Shown: positions 40,028 to 49,490, counted from the first letter of the stretch. The stretch is DNA of 64,000 nt from Planctomycetota bacterium (GCA_050248855.1 JBFWRP010000004.1:110666-174665), one strand, 5' to 3'. Numbers and translations: made by a program. Notes: a model not told the origin generated them from the letters alone.

Positions 40028-41001
40028 GGGCACGGCGCCTGGGCTGGCTGCTCGCGGTCGCCGGGCTTGTCGGCGCCTCGGGGCCACTCGCCGAAGCGCG
40101 GATCGCGCGTGGCATGCGGGCGGCGCCGCTCGACGCACGAACGGCCGACGGGGCGGCCCCGATCCGCCTGTCGGACCGCCTGGGCCGGACGGTCCTCCTG
40201 TCGTTCTTCGGCACCGCCTGTCCGCATTGCCGGCGGGCCGTGCCGCGCTTGAACGAGCTCGCGGCACGCGGGGCGCCGCTCGGCGTGGACGTCCTGGGCG
40301 TCACGCCCGACAGCGGCGCCGAGCTGGCGCGCTTCGTCCAAGGCGAGGGCGTGCGCCACGAGGTGGCCCTCGTGCCGATGGACGCACTCCGCTGGTACGG
40401 CGTGACGACGTACCCCCACGGCGTCCTGGTCGGGCCGGAGGGACGGGTTCTTTGGCAGGGGCCGCTCGACCGGATGACGGACCGCGTGCTCGAGGCGTAC
40501 GTCGCGCGCGTGCGTACCGCGCCCGCGGCACCCGCGCAGTTCGCCCTCGTCGACGCCGAGCGCCGGGCGGGGCGCTACGCGGCCGTTGCGCAGGCCTTGG
40601 AGCGGCACCGACGTTGCGAACGCCTGGACTCGCTCGCGTGCCGCTACGTGCTCGACACCCTGGCGTGGATCGAGTGGTTCGCCGAGGTCTCCCTCGCCGG
40701 CGCGAGTGCCGACGAGCAAGCGGGGCGGTGGGGCTCGGCCGTACGCACGTACGAGGAGCTCGAGGCTGCGTACGCGGGTGCGGCCGTGGAGCGAGATGCG
40801 CGTGCCGCACGCGAGCGCGTCCTCGCCGATCCGACCCGCGCCCGCGAAGCGCGCGCATCGCACGCCCTGGACGAAGCCCGCCGCGCCGGCCGCTGGCAAA
40901 GCACCCCCATCGCGCGCGAACACCTCCAGCGCATGGCCCAAGCCCACCCCGGCACCCAAGCCGCCGCCGAAGCCGCCGACCTCCTCGCCCTCCTCCGCTA
41001 G
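40021..41001 (+). CDS. TlpA/redoxin-family protein with helical C-terminal extension
   Basis: IRLSD..GRTVLLSFFGTACPHC, YGVTTYP..VLVGPEGRV. Confidence 0.78.
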   Translation: MVGARRLGWLLAVAGLVGASGPLAEARIARGMRAAPLDARTADGAAPIRLSDRLGRTVLLSFFGTACPHCRRAVPRLNELAARGAPLGVDVLGVTPDSGAELARFVQGEGVRHEVALVPMDALRWYGVTTYPHGVLVGPEGRVLWQGPLDRMTDRVLEAYVARVRTAPAAPAQFALVDAERRAGRYAAVAQALERHRRCERLDSLACRYVLDTLAWIEWFAEVSLAGASADEQAGRWGSAVRTYEELEAAYAGAAVERDARAARERVLADPTRAREARASHALDEARRAGRWQSTPIAREHLQRMAQAHPGTQAAAEAADLLALLR

Positions 41002-41078
41002 CCCCCCGCCTTCTCCCCTTGCCTTCCTGCCCTCTCTCGCTGCCTTCTCTTCTTGCCTTCTGAACAGCCTTCACCACA

Positions 41079-41185
41079 CATCGGGTCGTCAGGGCGAAGG
41101 CGCCAGCAAGCCATCGGCGACGACTCGTGGTCTGTTCACTCGAGGAGCCGATGGCGCCGCTGCCGCCGAGCACTCGGCGAGCCGC
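41079..41185. repeat. Dispersed ~108-bp hairpin repeat, copy 2 of 3
   Basis: 42-nt core identical to copy 1; flanking arms differ but remain complementary. Confidence 0.9.
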
Positions 41186-41221
41186 CCCAAAACACCTAGA
41201 GGCGTGCTCGAATGGAAGGAG

Positions 41222-41294
41222 TACCCCCAACGGGATTCGAACCCGTGTTACCGGCTTGAAAGGCCGGCGTCCTAGGCCACTGGACGATGGGGGC
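41222..41294 (-). tRNA. tRNA-Glu (anticodon TTC), CCA not encoded
   Basis: Reverse complement GCCCCCATCGTCCAGTGGCCTAGGACGCCGGCCTTTCAAGCCGGTAACACGGGTTCGAATCCCGTTGGGGGTA folds as a cloverleaf. Confidence 0.97.
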
Positions 41295-41360
41295 GCGACG
41301 ATCGAGGCACTTCCTTACCACGGCCTCGGCGTCCTGCCCGCCGACGGGCCTACCCGGGGC

Positions 41361-42434
41361 TCAGTCCCCGCGTTGGAGGAGTGCGGCCAAGCGGTCTCGC
41401 CAGCGATCGCGGTTGGCCCCCACCTTCGTCCAGTCGACCTCCTCGGCGCGGAACTCGAGGCCAGGCCGCTTGACGTGGCCATCGGGCGGGACGCCCACGC
41501 CCGGCCGCACGGGGATCTGCGCCGAGCGGCTGAAGGCGAGGGCCTGTTCCAGCTCGGGGCTCGCGAGCCATTCGAGCAGCTTCACGGCCGCCTCCGGATG
41601 CGGGCGGCCCGTGATGAGGCCAGCCGTGTTGGGAATGAGCAGCGCGCCCGGCTCATCGGGGCCCTGGTCCGGGTAGATGATGGTGACGGGCGCCTTCAGC
41701 TCGTTGATCGCGATCCACGCGTCGTCCGTGTCCGTGAGCCCGAACGCGACGCGACGCGATGTGTCGGCGACGGCGCTCATCACCTGCCCGTTGGACTTGA
41801 CGAGCTTCATGTGGCCCGCATCCGCCGCCTTGCGCACGGCTTCGAAGAACGCCCAGCCGTCCGTCTCGTCGCGCGTGAGCCACGCCACGGCGTGCGTGTA
41901 CGTCGTGCCGGTCAAGGGCACGGCCATCGTCGTGAGCAGGTCGCGCTGGGCCCACTTGGGGTCGAGCAGGTCCCTGACCGACTTGGGGTGATCCGCGGGA
42001 TCCGGCACGAGCACCGTGTTGACGAGCAGCACGCGCGCTCGCGCACCGAACTGGATGTAGCGACCACCGGGATCCCGCCACGCCTGCGGGAACTTCCCGG
42101 CCATGCCTTCGGGCAGCTTGTCGATCAGGCCCTTCGAAGCGAGGTCGACCATGTGCATGATCTCGTTCGACCACCAGACGTCCCCGCGCGGCCGGTCGCG
42201 CTCCGCCTCGATGCGCTGCGGGAGCCCAATGCTGCGGAACGCCTCGGTCTCGCCGTGGTAGTCCACGACCAGACCACTCGCCTCCCGGAAGTCATCGACC
42301 AGCCTCTGGCTCTGGTCGGGGTCGACGCCGCAGTAGAGGACCACGTCGGGCTCCGGGCCGCCGCGCATCGACACGGCGAGCCACACGACGGCCGCCACGA
42401 TCAGGATCCCGAGCACGAGGGGAATGGCACGCAT
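41361..42434 (-). CDS. ABC transporter substrate-binding protein (Fe3+/AfuA-like)
   Basis: RIEAE...PRGDVWW, RARVLLVNT, GLTDTDD, IPNTAGLI. Confidence 0.8.
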   Translation of the reverse strand: MRAIPLVLGILIVAAVVWLAVSMRGGPEPDVVLYCGVDPDQSQRLVDDFREASGLVVDYHGETEAFRSIGLPQRIEAERDRPRGDVWWSNEIMHMVDLASKGLIDKLPEGMAGKFPQAWRDPGGRYIQFGARARVLLVNTVLVPDPADHPKSVRDLLDPKWAQRDLLTTMAVPLTGTTYTHAVAWLTRDETDGWAFFEAVRKAADAGHMKLVKSNGQVMSAVADTSRRVAFGLTDTDDAWIAINELKAPVTIIYPDQGPDEPGALLIPNTAGLITGRPHPEAAVKLLEWLASPELEQALAFSRSAQIPVRPGVGVPPDGHVKRPGLEFRAEEVDWTKVGANRDRWRDRLAALLQRGD

Positions 42435-42514
42435 CTTGGACTCCTGGAAGATCGAGAACGTATCCTGCGGGTAACGACGTAGCCTCCTGACCACGACGCT
42501 TCGCCGAAGGTGGG

Positions 42515-43288
42515 TCAGAGGTCGCGCAGCTTGCCCCGCCGCGCCGCCTGCTTGAAGCGCTCCGCGTCCACATCCAGCACGCGGAGCTTCTTGTGGAAGT
42601 TGGGGCGCGAGATCCCCGCCAGGCGGGCGGCGGCGGCGACGTTGCCGCCCGTGCGGGCGAGGAGGTCGCGGACGTAGGCGACCTCGAAGCGCTGGACGGC
42701 TTCCCGCAAGGACAGCGGGGTGCCGTCGGGGTGCTCACCCAGCACGGCCACGAGCGCCGCGCGCGCCGGCGGGGGCGGGCCCTCGGGGGCCTCCGCGGCC
42801 GGCGCGCCCTGGCGCGTCTTGAGCTCGGCCTCGACGGCCTCGAAGCCCTCCGGGTCGAGCCGACGCTCGACGAGGGCCCTCAGGCGCCTGTTTTCCAAGC
42901 TCATGCGGCGCTCTTCGATGGCCCGGGTCAGCGTGCGGACGACGTCCTGCACGACGAACGGCTTGCCGACATAGTCGCGGGCGCCCCGACGCATCGACTC
43001 GAGCGCCGTGTCCATCGTGCCGTAGCCCGTCATCACCACGACAGGCACGCCCGGGTCCATCTCCGTGAGCACGGCCACCACGTCGAGCCCGGAGAAGTCG
43101 GGCAGGCGCACGTCGGTCAGGACCGCGTCGAAGCCGCCGCGGACGAAGCGCTCCACGCCCTCCTTGCCCGTCCCGACCGAGGTGCACCGGAAGCCCGCGC
43201 GCTCCAGCCCACGCTCCAACGCATGGCGCATCGACTCCTCGTCGTCGATCACGAGCACATGGCCGAGGGCCGCGGATGCGTCGTCCAT
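42515..43288 (-). CDS. Response regulator, receiver + Fis-type HTH
   Basis: VIDDE, LTDVRLP, MTGYG, GKPF; C-terminal GGNVAAAARLAGISR. Confidence 0.88.
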   Translation of the reverse strand: MDDASAALGHVLVIDDEESMRHALERGLERAGFRCTSVGTGKEGVERFVRGGFDAVLTDVRLPDFSGLDVVAVLTEMDPGVPVVVMTGYGTMDTALESMRRGARDYVGKPFVVQDVVRTLTRAIEERRMSLENRRLRALVERRLDPEGFEAVEAELKTRQGAPAAEAPEGPPPPARAALVAVLGEHPDGTPLSLREAVQRFEVAYVRDLLARTGGNVAAAARLAGISRPNFHKKLRVLDVDAERFKQAARRGKLRDL

Positions 43289-43326
43289 GGGAGCCTCCGG
43301 CCCGGAAGACGCAAGCGGCGGGCCGC

Positions 43327-44805
43327 TCAGGCGGCGGACGGTAGCGAGAGGCGGAAGCGTGCGCCGCCGAGCGGGCCGCGGTCGACGGCCAACGTGCCGC
43401 CGTGCCGCTCGACGATGCCGTACGAGATGAAGAGCCCCAAGCCCGTCCCACCATCCCGTGTGGTGTAGAAGGGCTCGAAGATGCGGTCGACGAGCTCGGG
43501 AGGCACCCCCGGACCGTCGTCCTCGACGACCAGCTCGACACGCCCTTGCGCGCGCGCCGTGGCGAGCTGCACGTGGCCGCCGCGGCCCGCGGCCTGCAGC
43601 GCGTTCGTGACGAGGTTGAGCACCACCTGGTGCAGCTGGCCGGCATCGCCCAGGACGGCCGGCACCTCGCCACGGTGCCGGACGAGGTCCACGCCCTCGC
43701 GGCGTGCGAACGGCTCGGCTGCGCGCGCGACGTCGTCCGCCAGCTCGTCCAGGTCCACCGCGGCGAACGCGCGCTCGCCGGGCCGGGCCACGTCGAGCAG
43801 CGCACGCACGAGCGCCGAGGCGCGCCGGGCCGTGCGCTCGGCCACCGCGAGGTCCTCCCGGGCACGGCCCTCGCCGACCTCGCTCTTCGCACTCTCCAAG
43901 CACCCGAGGATGCCGCCGAGCAAGTTGTTGAACTCGTGCGCGACGCCCCCGGCCAGCGTGCCGAGCCCGGCCATTTTCGCCGACTGCACGAGCCGATCCC
44001 GCGTGCGGCGCAGCTCGTCGAGCGCGGCGGTGCGCTCGGCCAACGTCGCCTGCAGCTTCGTGGTCTTCTGCGCGACCTCCTGCTCGAGGCCCGCGGTGAG
44101 CTGCGCGATCCGCGTCCGCATGCGTTCGACATCCTCGGCCAGGCGCGAGATCTCGCGCGGTGCGCGACGCGGGGCCGTCACCGGCCGCCGGAGGTCGCCG
44201 CGCGCGATGCGGTCCACGGCCGCCTGCGTCTCGCGCAGCGGACGGACGACCAACCAGACGAGAACGAGCGCCACGAGACCGGCCAAGGCCAGCAGCAGGA
44301 GGCCCAGATGCAGCAGGAGGCGTCGCTGCCGCGTGTCGACGCCGGCCTCGCTGCGGGCCGCCGAGCGCTCGGCCATGCGCTCCAGCGCGGCGGCGATGCG
44401 GCGTTCGCCGTCTTGCGCCAACCGCTCGGCCAGGACATGGATCCGATCGCTTTCCTCGCGGCCCGAGGCGCGAACGCGTGCCACGAGGTCGCGGCCCAGC
44501 GCGTCGACGTCCACGCGGGTGGGATCCTCGGCGGCCCGGTAGAGCGCCAGGGGCTCCTGCTCGAGCCACGTGCGCAGGCGGCGCTGCGCGGACTCCGAAA
44601 GGCCGATCGCGAGAACCTCGGACTGGTCCACGAGGTCCGCCGCCAGCGCGCGCAGGGCCGCGCCGGCCGCTTCCTGTTCCTCGCGAGCCTGCGCGCGTGC
44701 GGCTTCGCGGTCTGCCGCCGCGACCCAGGCCACGAGCAGCGCGCCGCCCACCAGGACCACGCCGCCCACGACCAGCAGCGTCAGCGTCACCAGCGAGCGC
44801 GTCAC
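43327..44805 (-). CDS. Sensor histidine kinase (2 TM, HAMP)
   Basis: AGGVAHEFNN H-box, NLVTNA, DDGPG, FEPFYTT, GTGLGL. Confidence 0.93.
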   Translation of the reverse strand: MTRSLVTLTLLVVGGVVLVGGALLVAWVAAADREAARAQAREEQEAAGAALRALAADLVDQSEVLAIGLSESAQRRLRTWLEQEPLALYRAAEDPTRVDVDALGRDLVARVRASGREESDRIHVLAERLAQDGERRIAAALERMAERSAARSEAGVDTRQRRLLLHLGLLLLALAGLVALVLVWLVVRPLRETQAAVDRIARGDLRRPVTAPRRAPREISRLAEDVERMRTRIAQLTAGLEQEVAQKTTKLQATLAERTAALDELRRTRDRLVQSAKMAGLGTLAGGVAHEFNNLLGGILGCLESAKSEVGEGRAREDLAVAERTARRASALVRALLDVARPGERAFAAVDLDELADDVARAAEPFARREGVDLVRHRGEVPAVLGDAGQLHQVVLNLVTNALQAAGRGGHVQLATARAQGRVELVVEDDGPGVPPELVDRIFEPFYTTRDGGTGLGLFISYGIVERHGGTLAVDRGPLGGARFRLSLPSAA

Positions 44806-45800
44806 CGCGGGCGCTCCGAGGGTCGCCCGCGGCGCAGGCGGTCGGTCGAGGCCAACAGCCCCCATGGCACGTCCAGCCCCTGGCGGTCGCACGCTTCGAG
44901 GTCGATCCACGTCCGCATCGCGGACACCGCGCGCTCCCGGGGCGCGTCCTCTTCGGCCAGCGCCAAGCGCCGCGCCACGTCGGCTGTCACGCGCCCGATC
45001 AGGTCGTGGTCCGGCACGAGCACGAGCGCCGCCCCGTCGCCGAAGCGTCCGCGGTCGTCGCTGACCAGCGGAGCGCCACCGGCACGCGCCGCCGCAAGGG
45101 CCTGGTCGAAGGGCGCGCGCGGCGCCGCATCCAGCCTGAGGTGCAGGACCGCATCGAACACCACGCCTTCGCCTTCGCGACCGGGTGTGCGTTCCCCGAC
45201 GACGTCCACCTCGGCCGCCGCGAGGAACCGCGTGACCGTGGCCTCGGCGCCCGCGCCGCGCCAGAGCACGCGCGGTCGCTCGCGTCCGCACCACGCGCGC
45301 AGGCGCTCCCCCACCCACGCCGCCTCCGCCAGGCCCCGCACGACACCGCGCCGCGGAGCCGCGGGCACGGCCGCGTCCAGCGGCTCGCCGGCAATGGCGT
45401 AGCCCGTGCGCGCCACCACGTGCGGCAGCGCCGCCAGCGCCGCCAGCTCGACGGGCGGCAGGGCCTCGCCCACGACGAAGAGCCAGGGCTCGACGTCGCC
45501 GCGCGCGCGCGCGGCCTCGAAGCGCTCGCGCCAACGACGCACGAGCGCCTCCGGGCCCTGGTCCGGTGGCGGAAGCTCCTCGCAGACGCGCTGCCAGCGG
45601 GCACGCTCGAGCCCCAGGCGGATGCCCTCGTACAGCGCCTGGGCGCCGGCGTCGCCGCGTTCGATCACGGCCCCGTGGACGCAGGCGGGGCTGCCGGCCT
45701 CGTCGCCTCCGCGCGCCGGCGCCGCGCTGGCGACGATCGTGGCCACGAGGCCCAGCAGGGCGAAGAGGCGGACAAGGTGGCCGGGCGGGGACGGGGACAC
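44802..45800 (-). CDS. Exported periplasmic-binding-fold-like protein
   Basis: Signal peptide; GAALVLVPDHDLIGR and TWIDLEAC..GLDVP resemble ABC substrate-binding C-termini. Confidence 0.55.
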   Translation of the reverse strand: MSPSPPGHLVRLFALLGLVATIVASAAPARGGDEAGSPACVHGAVIERGDAGAQALYEGIRLGLERARWQRVCEELPPPDQGPEALVRRWRERFEAARARGDVEPWLFVVGEALPPVELAALAALPHVVARTGYAIAGEPLDAAVPAAPRRGVVRGLAEAAWVGERLRAWCGRERPRVLWRGAGAEATVTRFLAAAEVDVVGERTPGREGEGVVFDAVLHLRLDAAPRAPFDQALAAARAGGAPLVSDDRGRFGDGAALVLVPDHDLIGRVTADVARRLALAEEDAPRERAVSAMRTWIDLEACDRQGLDVPWGLLASTDRLRRGRPSERPR

Positions 45801-45851
45801 GGCCCCACACTACGCTCGGGGCCCCTTCGAACGCAGGAGCCGACCTCGACC

Positions 45852-46880
45852 ATGCGCGTGCTGGGCATCGACACGAGCTGCGACGACACCGCCGCCGCCG
45901 TCCTGGACGGCCCGCGCACGGTGCTCAGCAACGTCGTGGCGTCGCAGCACGACCTCCACGCCGCGTTCGGCGGCGTCGTGCCCGAGATCGCCAGCCGCGC
46001 GCATGCGGAGCGGATCAGTGCCGTGATCGCCACGGCGCTCGCGGAGGCCGGGGCGACGCCGGCGTCGCTGGACGCCATCGCCGTCACGAACCGCCCCGGC
46101 TTGGTCGGCTCCTTGCTCGTCGGCGTGGCCGCGGCCAAGACCCTGGCCTGGGCCTGGGACCTGCCGCTGGTCGGCGTCCACCACATCGAGGCGCACGTGC
46201 TCTCCGCACTGGCCGACCACCCCCAGCTGGAGCCGCCGTTCGTATCCCTCGTGGCCTCCGGCGGCCACACCGCGCTGTACCTCGCCGAGGACCTGGCCAC
46301 GATCCACTGCCTCGGCGCCACCGTGGACGACGCCGCGGGCGAGAGCTTCGACAAGGTCGCCGTGCTGCTCGACCTCCCCCAGCCCGGAGGCCCGCACGTC
46401 TCGCGGCTGGCCGAGGCGGGCAATCCGCAGGCGGTGCGCTTCCCCCGTTCGCGCCCGGGCGCCGACCCGATGGGCTTCTCGTTCTCGGGGCTCAAGACGG
46501 CCGTGCTCTACCACCTCAAGGGCCCGGGCGGAAAGCGCGACGCGCCTGACCGACCCGACCTCGAGACGTCACCCGCCGACGTGGCTGCGTCCTTCGAGAT
46601 GGCCGTGGTCGACGTGCTCGCGACGCGCACGTGCGAGGCGGTCGCCGCCACGGGCGTGCGACGCGTCGCGATCGGCGGCGGCGTGGCGGCCAATCGCACG
46701 CTGCGACGCGTGCTGGCCGAGCGGCTGCCGCGCGACGTGCCGCTCTACGCCCCCTCGCCCACGCTCTGCGTGGACAACGGCGCCATGATCGCGCTGCGCG
46801 GCCATGCGCTGTTGGAGCAGGGCGTTCGCTCCAGCCTGGATCTTGAGGTGTGCGCGACCGGGGACGACGCGGCAGGGTAG
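45852..46880 (+). CDS. tsaD: tRNA N6-adenosine threonylcarbamoyltransferase
   Basis: LGIDTSCDDT, GGVVPEIASRAH, HHIEAH, SGGHT, DDAAGESFDK, DNGAMI. Confidence 0.97.
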   Translation: MRVLGIDTSCDDTAAAVLDGPRTVLSNVVASQHDLHAAFGGVVPEIASRAHAERISAVIATALAEAGATPASLDAIAVTNRPGLVGSLLVGVAAAKTLAWAWDLPLVGVHHIEAHVLSALADHPQLEPPFVSLVASGGHTALYLAEDLATIHCLGATVDDAAGESFDKVAVLLDLPQPGGPHVSRLAEAGNPQAVRFPRSRPGADPMGFSFSGLKTAVLYHLKGPGGKRDAPDRPDLETSPADVAASFEMAVVDVLATRTCEAVAATGVRRVAIGGGVAANRTLRRVLAERLPRDVPLYAPSPTLCVDNGAMIALRGHALLEQGVRSSLDLEVCATGDDAAG

Positions 46881-48197
46881 CTACCGGCCGAGCAGGCGAA
46901 CCGCTTCGGCCAGCTGGGGATCGAGCTCGTCGGCGGGGACGTCCGGATAGCGCGGCGCCTCGCCCCACGGGACGCCCTCTTCGTTGCCCCACTGCTGCAG
47001 GAGGCGCAGCTCCTGCTCGGCCGTGAGCTCGACGACCACGTCGGGCAGCAGCCCCGCGGGCTCGTGGTTGCCCGAGACGCCTTCCCCGGCCGCGTCGCCC
47101 GGGGCTTGGAACGAGCGCCCGCTGGGCAGGTAGTAGCGCGACGTCGTCAGCTTCAGGCCCGCTCCGCGGCGCGGGATCTCAACGATCGACTGCACGAGGA
47201 ACTTGCCGTAGGTGCGCGTGCCCGCGACGACCGCACGCCGGTGGTCCTGGAAGGCGCCCGCCACGACCTCGCTGGCACTCGCGCTGCGGCCGTCGACGAG
47301 GACCACGATGGGCAGGCCCAACAGGTCGGAGGGCTCGGCCCGCGCGCTGATCGAGCGATTGCCCTCGCGCACGCGACCCTCCATGCGCACGATCACGCCG
47401 CGGTCGAGGAAGCGGTCCACGAGGTCGGTGGCCACGGTGAGCAGCCCGCCGCCGTTGTGGCGCAGGTCCAGGACGAGCGCTTCGATGCGCGGGGGGGCGA
47501 AGAAGGCCGCGAGGTCCTGCTCGATCTCGTGCGCGGTCTCCTCGGTGAAATCGGTCAGACGCAGCACGCCGATGCGCCCGCCGGGGCCGACGCGCCGCGT
47601 GAAGGTGGTCGGGGGCCGGATCACGTCGCGGGTGACGTCCACGCGCCGCGCCGTGGCGTGCAGCGCGCCGCCCTCCGGTCGCGGGCCGGGAGCGACGGCA
47701 ACCGTCACCACGCTGCCTGCGGTGCCCTTCAGCCAACGGGTCACCGTGTCGATGTCGACGCCCTCCAGGCGCTGCCCCTGGACGGCCGTGATCGTCTCGC
47801 CGGGCACGATGCCGGCGCGCGCGGCGGGGCCGTCGGGCCACACCCCCACGACGTGCAGCCCCTCGGGTACCGCATCGATCTTGACGCCCAGGCCCGCGTA
47901 GCGGCCCTGCGTGTCTTCCTTCCAGCGGAGGTAGCGCTCGGGCGGGATGAACTCGCAGTAGCGATCGAAATGGACGTAGGCGTCCATCGCCCGGTAGAAG
48001 GCCTCGCGCGCCGCCTCGCCATCGAGCTCGTCGACGTAGCTGGCCTGCACCTGCTCGCGCACGAAGCGCGCCATCGGCTCGTCCCACCAGGTCTCGGCGC
48101 CGCCGCCCCGGGCCCCAGCGCGCCGCGAGGCAAAGACGAACGCCGCGAACAGCAGCAGGATCGAGAGGCTGAGGACGGCAGCGGTCAGCGGTCGCAT
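46881..48197 (-). CDS. S41 family C-terminal processing peptidase (PDZ)
   Basis: GLGV PDZ loop, LDLRHNGGG, SASASEV, TYGK. Confidence 0.92.
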   Translation of the reverse strand: MRPLTAAVLSLSILLLFAAFVFASRRAGARGGGAETWWDEPMARFVREQVQASYVDELDGEAAREAFYRAMDAYVHFDRYCEFIPPERYLRWKEDTQGRYAGLGVKIDAVPEGLHVVGVWPDGPAARAGIVPGETITAVQGQRLEGVDIDTVTRWLKGTAGSVVTVAVAPGPRPEGGALHATARRVDVTRDVIRPPTTFTRRVGPGGRIGVLRLTDFTEETAHEIEQDLAAFFAPPRIEALVLDLRHNGGGLLTVATDLVDRFLDRGVIVRMEGRVREGNRSISARAEPSDLLGLPIVVLVDGRSASASEVVAGAFQDHRRAVVAGTRTYGKFLVQSIVEIPRRGAGLKLTTSRYYLPSGRSFQAPGDAAGEGVSGNHEPAGLLPDVVVELTAEQELRLLQQWGNEEGVPWGEAPRYPDVPADELDPQLAEAVRLLGR

Positions 48198-48236
48198 CCG
48201 CGCTCCTTCGTCGGCAGTCGGTCGGGGTGCCCGCCG

Positions 48237-49490
48237 TCAGGCCGACGGGTCCGCCGACGCACCGGGGAGATCGGGCGGCTCCCCGGGGGTCGGCCCGTCG
48301 AGGCTACCGAGGAGTTCGGGATCGAGCGGAGCGATCTTCCTGCGCTTGCGCTTGCCGCGGGTCGGCGAGAGGGCCCGCATGGACTCGAGACGGCCGTAGC
48401 ACAGCATCCGGTCGTGGGCCTCGATCACGCGGTGCCCGCGGGGGTTGGAGATCACGCCCGTGCCGCGCTGCAGCGTCAGCACGACGATGTCCTTCTCGCG
48501 CAGCCCCGAGGTCTCGATGGTCCGCCCGACGAGCTCGTGGGCGGCGGGAATCGAGATCTCGGCCACCCCGTAGCCGCGGGTCACGGTGAGGCGCTGGCGC
48601 AGGTCGATCTCGGGGAAGTCCGTCTGGTCGGCGATGTAGTCGACGATGGCGCCGGCGACGTCGAGCCCCGTAGCGTGCTCGATGCCTTCCAACCCCGGCG
48701 AGCTGTTGACCTCCATGACCAGCGGACCCTCGTCGCTCTCGAGCAGGTCCACGCCGGCCACCCGGAGCCCCATGATCTGGGCGGCGCGCACGGCCGTCGT
48801 CTCGAAGGCCGGCTCCAGCTGGACCGCGCCCACCGTGCCGCCGCGGTGGACGTTGCTGCGGAACTCGTCGCCCTGCGCGGTGCGGCGCATGGCCGCCACG
48901 ACGCGGTCGCCGACCACGATCGCCCGGAGGTCGGTGCCCCGGCTCTCGCGGATGAAGCGCTGCACGAGCACGTTCTGCCGGGCGGACTGCAGGGTCTCGA
49001 TGATCGCCTCGGCGACCTTGGTGGTCTCGGCCAGGATCACGCCGACTCCCTGCGTGCCCTCGAGGATCTTGATGATGATGGGCGCGCCGCCCAGGCGTTC
49101 GATGGCCGGGAGCACGTCCTCGCGATCGCGCACGAACGTCGTGTGCGGGATGCCGATGTCGTGCCGGGACAGGATCTGGAGCGAGCGCAGCTTGTCGCGC
49201 GCGTTGGCAATGCCGTTCGCCGTGTTGGGCGTGTACACGTCCATCTGCTCGAACTGGCGGACGACGGCCGTACCGAAGTACGTCACGGAGGCCCCGATGC
49301 GCGGCAGGATCGCGTCGACGCGACGCATGGGCTTGCTGCGGTACCAGAGAGTGGGCTCGCCGTGCTCCAGCTCGATGGCAAAGCGCAGCGTGTCGCGCAC
49401 CTTGGGCGTGTGGCCGCGCTGCAACGCAGCCTGGCGCAGGCGACGGGTGCTGTAGCAGCCGGGGGCCGTGGAGAGGATGGCGAGCCGCAC
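48237..49490 (-). CDS. rimK: RimK-family alpha-L-glutamate ligase with C-terminal TrkA-C-like domain
   Basis: YSTRRL, PRIGAS, GTQGVGV, FRSNVHRGG, EVNSSPGLEGIE. Confidence 0.92.
   Translation of the reverse strand: MRLAILSTAPGCYSTRRLRQAALQRGHTPKVRDTLRFAIELEHGEPTLWYRSKPMRRVDAILPRIGASVTYFGTAVVRQFEQMDVYTPNTANGIANARDKLRSLQILSRHDIGIPHTTFVRDREDVLPAIERLGGAPIIIKILEGTQGVGVILAETTKVAEAIIETLQSARQNVLVQRFIRESRGTDLRAIVVGDRVVAAMRRTAQGDEFRSNVHRGGTVGAVQLEPAFETTAVRAAQIMGLRVAGVDLLESDEGPLVMEVNSSPGLEGIEHATGLDVAGAIVDYIADQTDFPEIDLRQRLTVTRGYGVAEISIPAAHELVGRTIETSGLREKDIVVLTLQRGTGVISNPRGHRVIEAHDRMLCYGRLESMRALSPTRGKRKRRKIAPLDPELLGSLDGPTPGEPPDLPGASADPSA

Noticed and set aside
36031-41294. Integrative element (tyrosine recombinase near a tRNA)
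   Set aside because: The recombinase is XerC-sized and embedded in an overlapping housekeeping operon; no duplicated tRNA 3' end or cargo genes were seen
46875-46886. tsaD and S41 protease stops abut exactly (TAG|CTA); ispA and the MFS gene overlap tail-to-tail by 25 nt
   Set aside because: Ordinary compact convergent packing with no further signal
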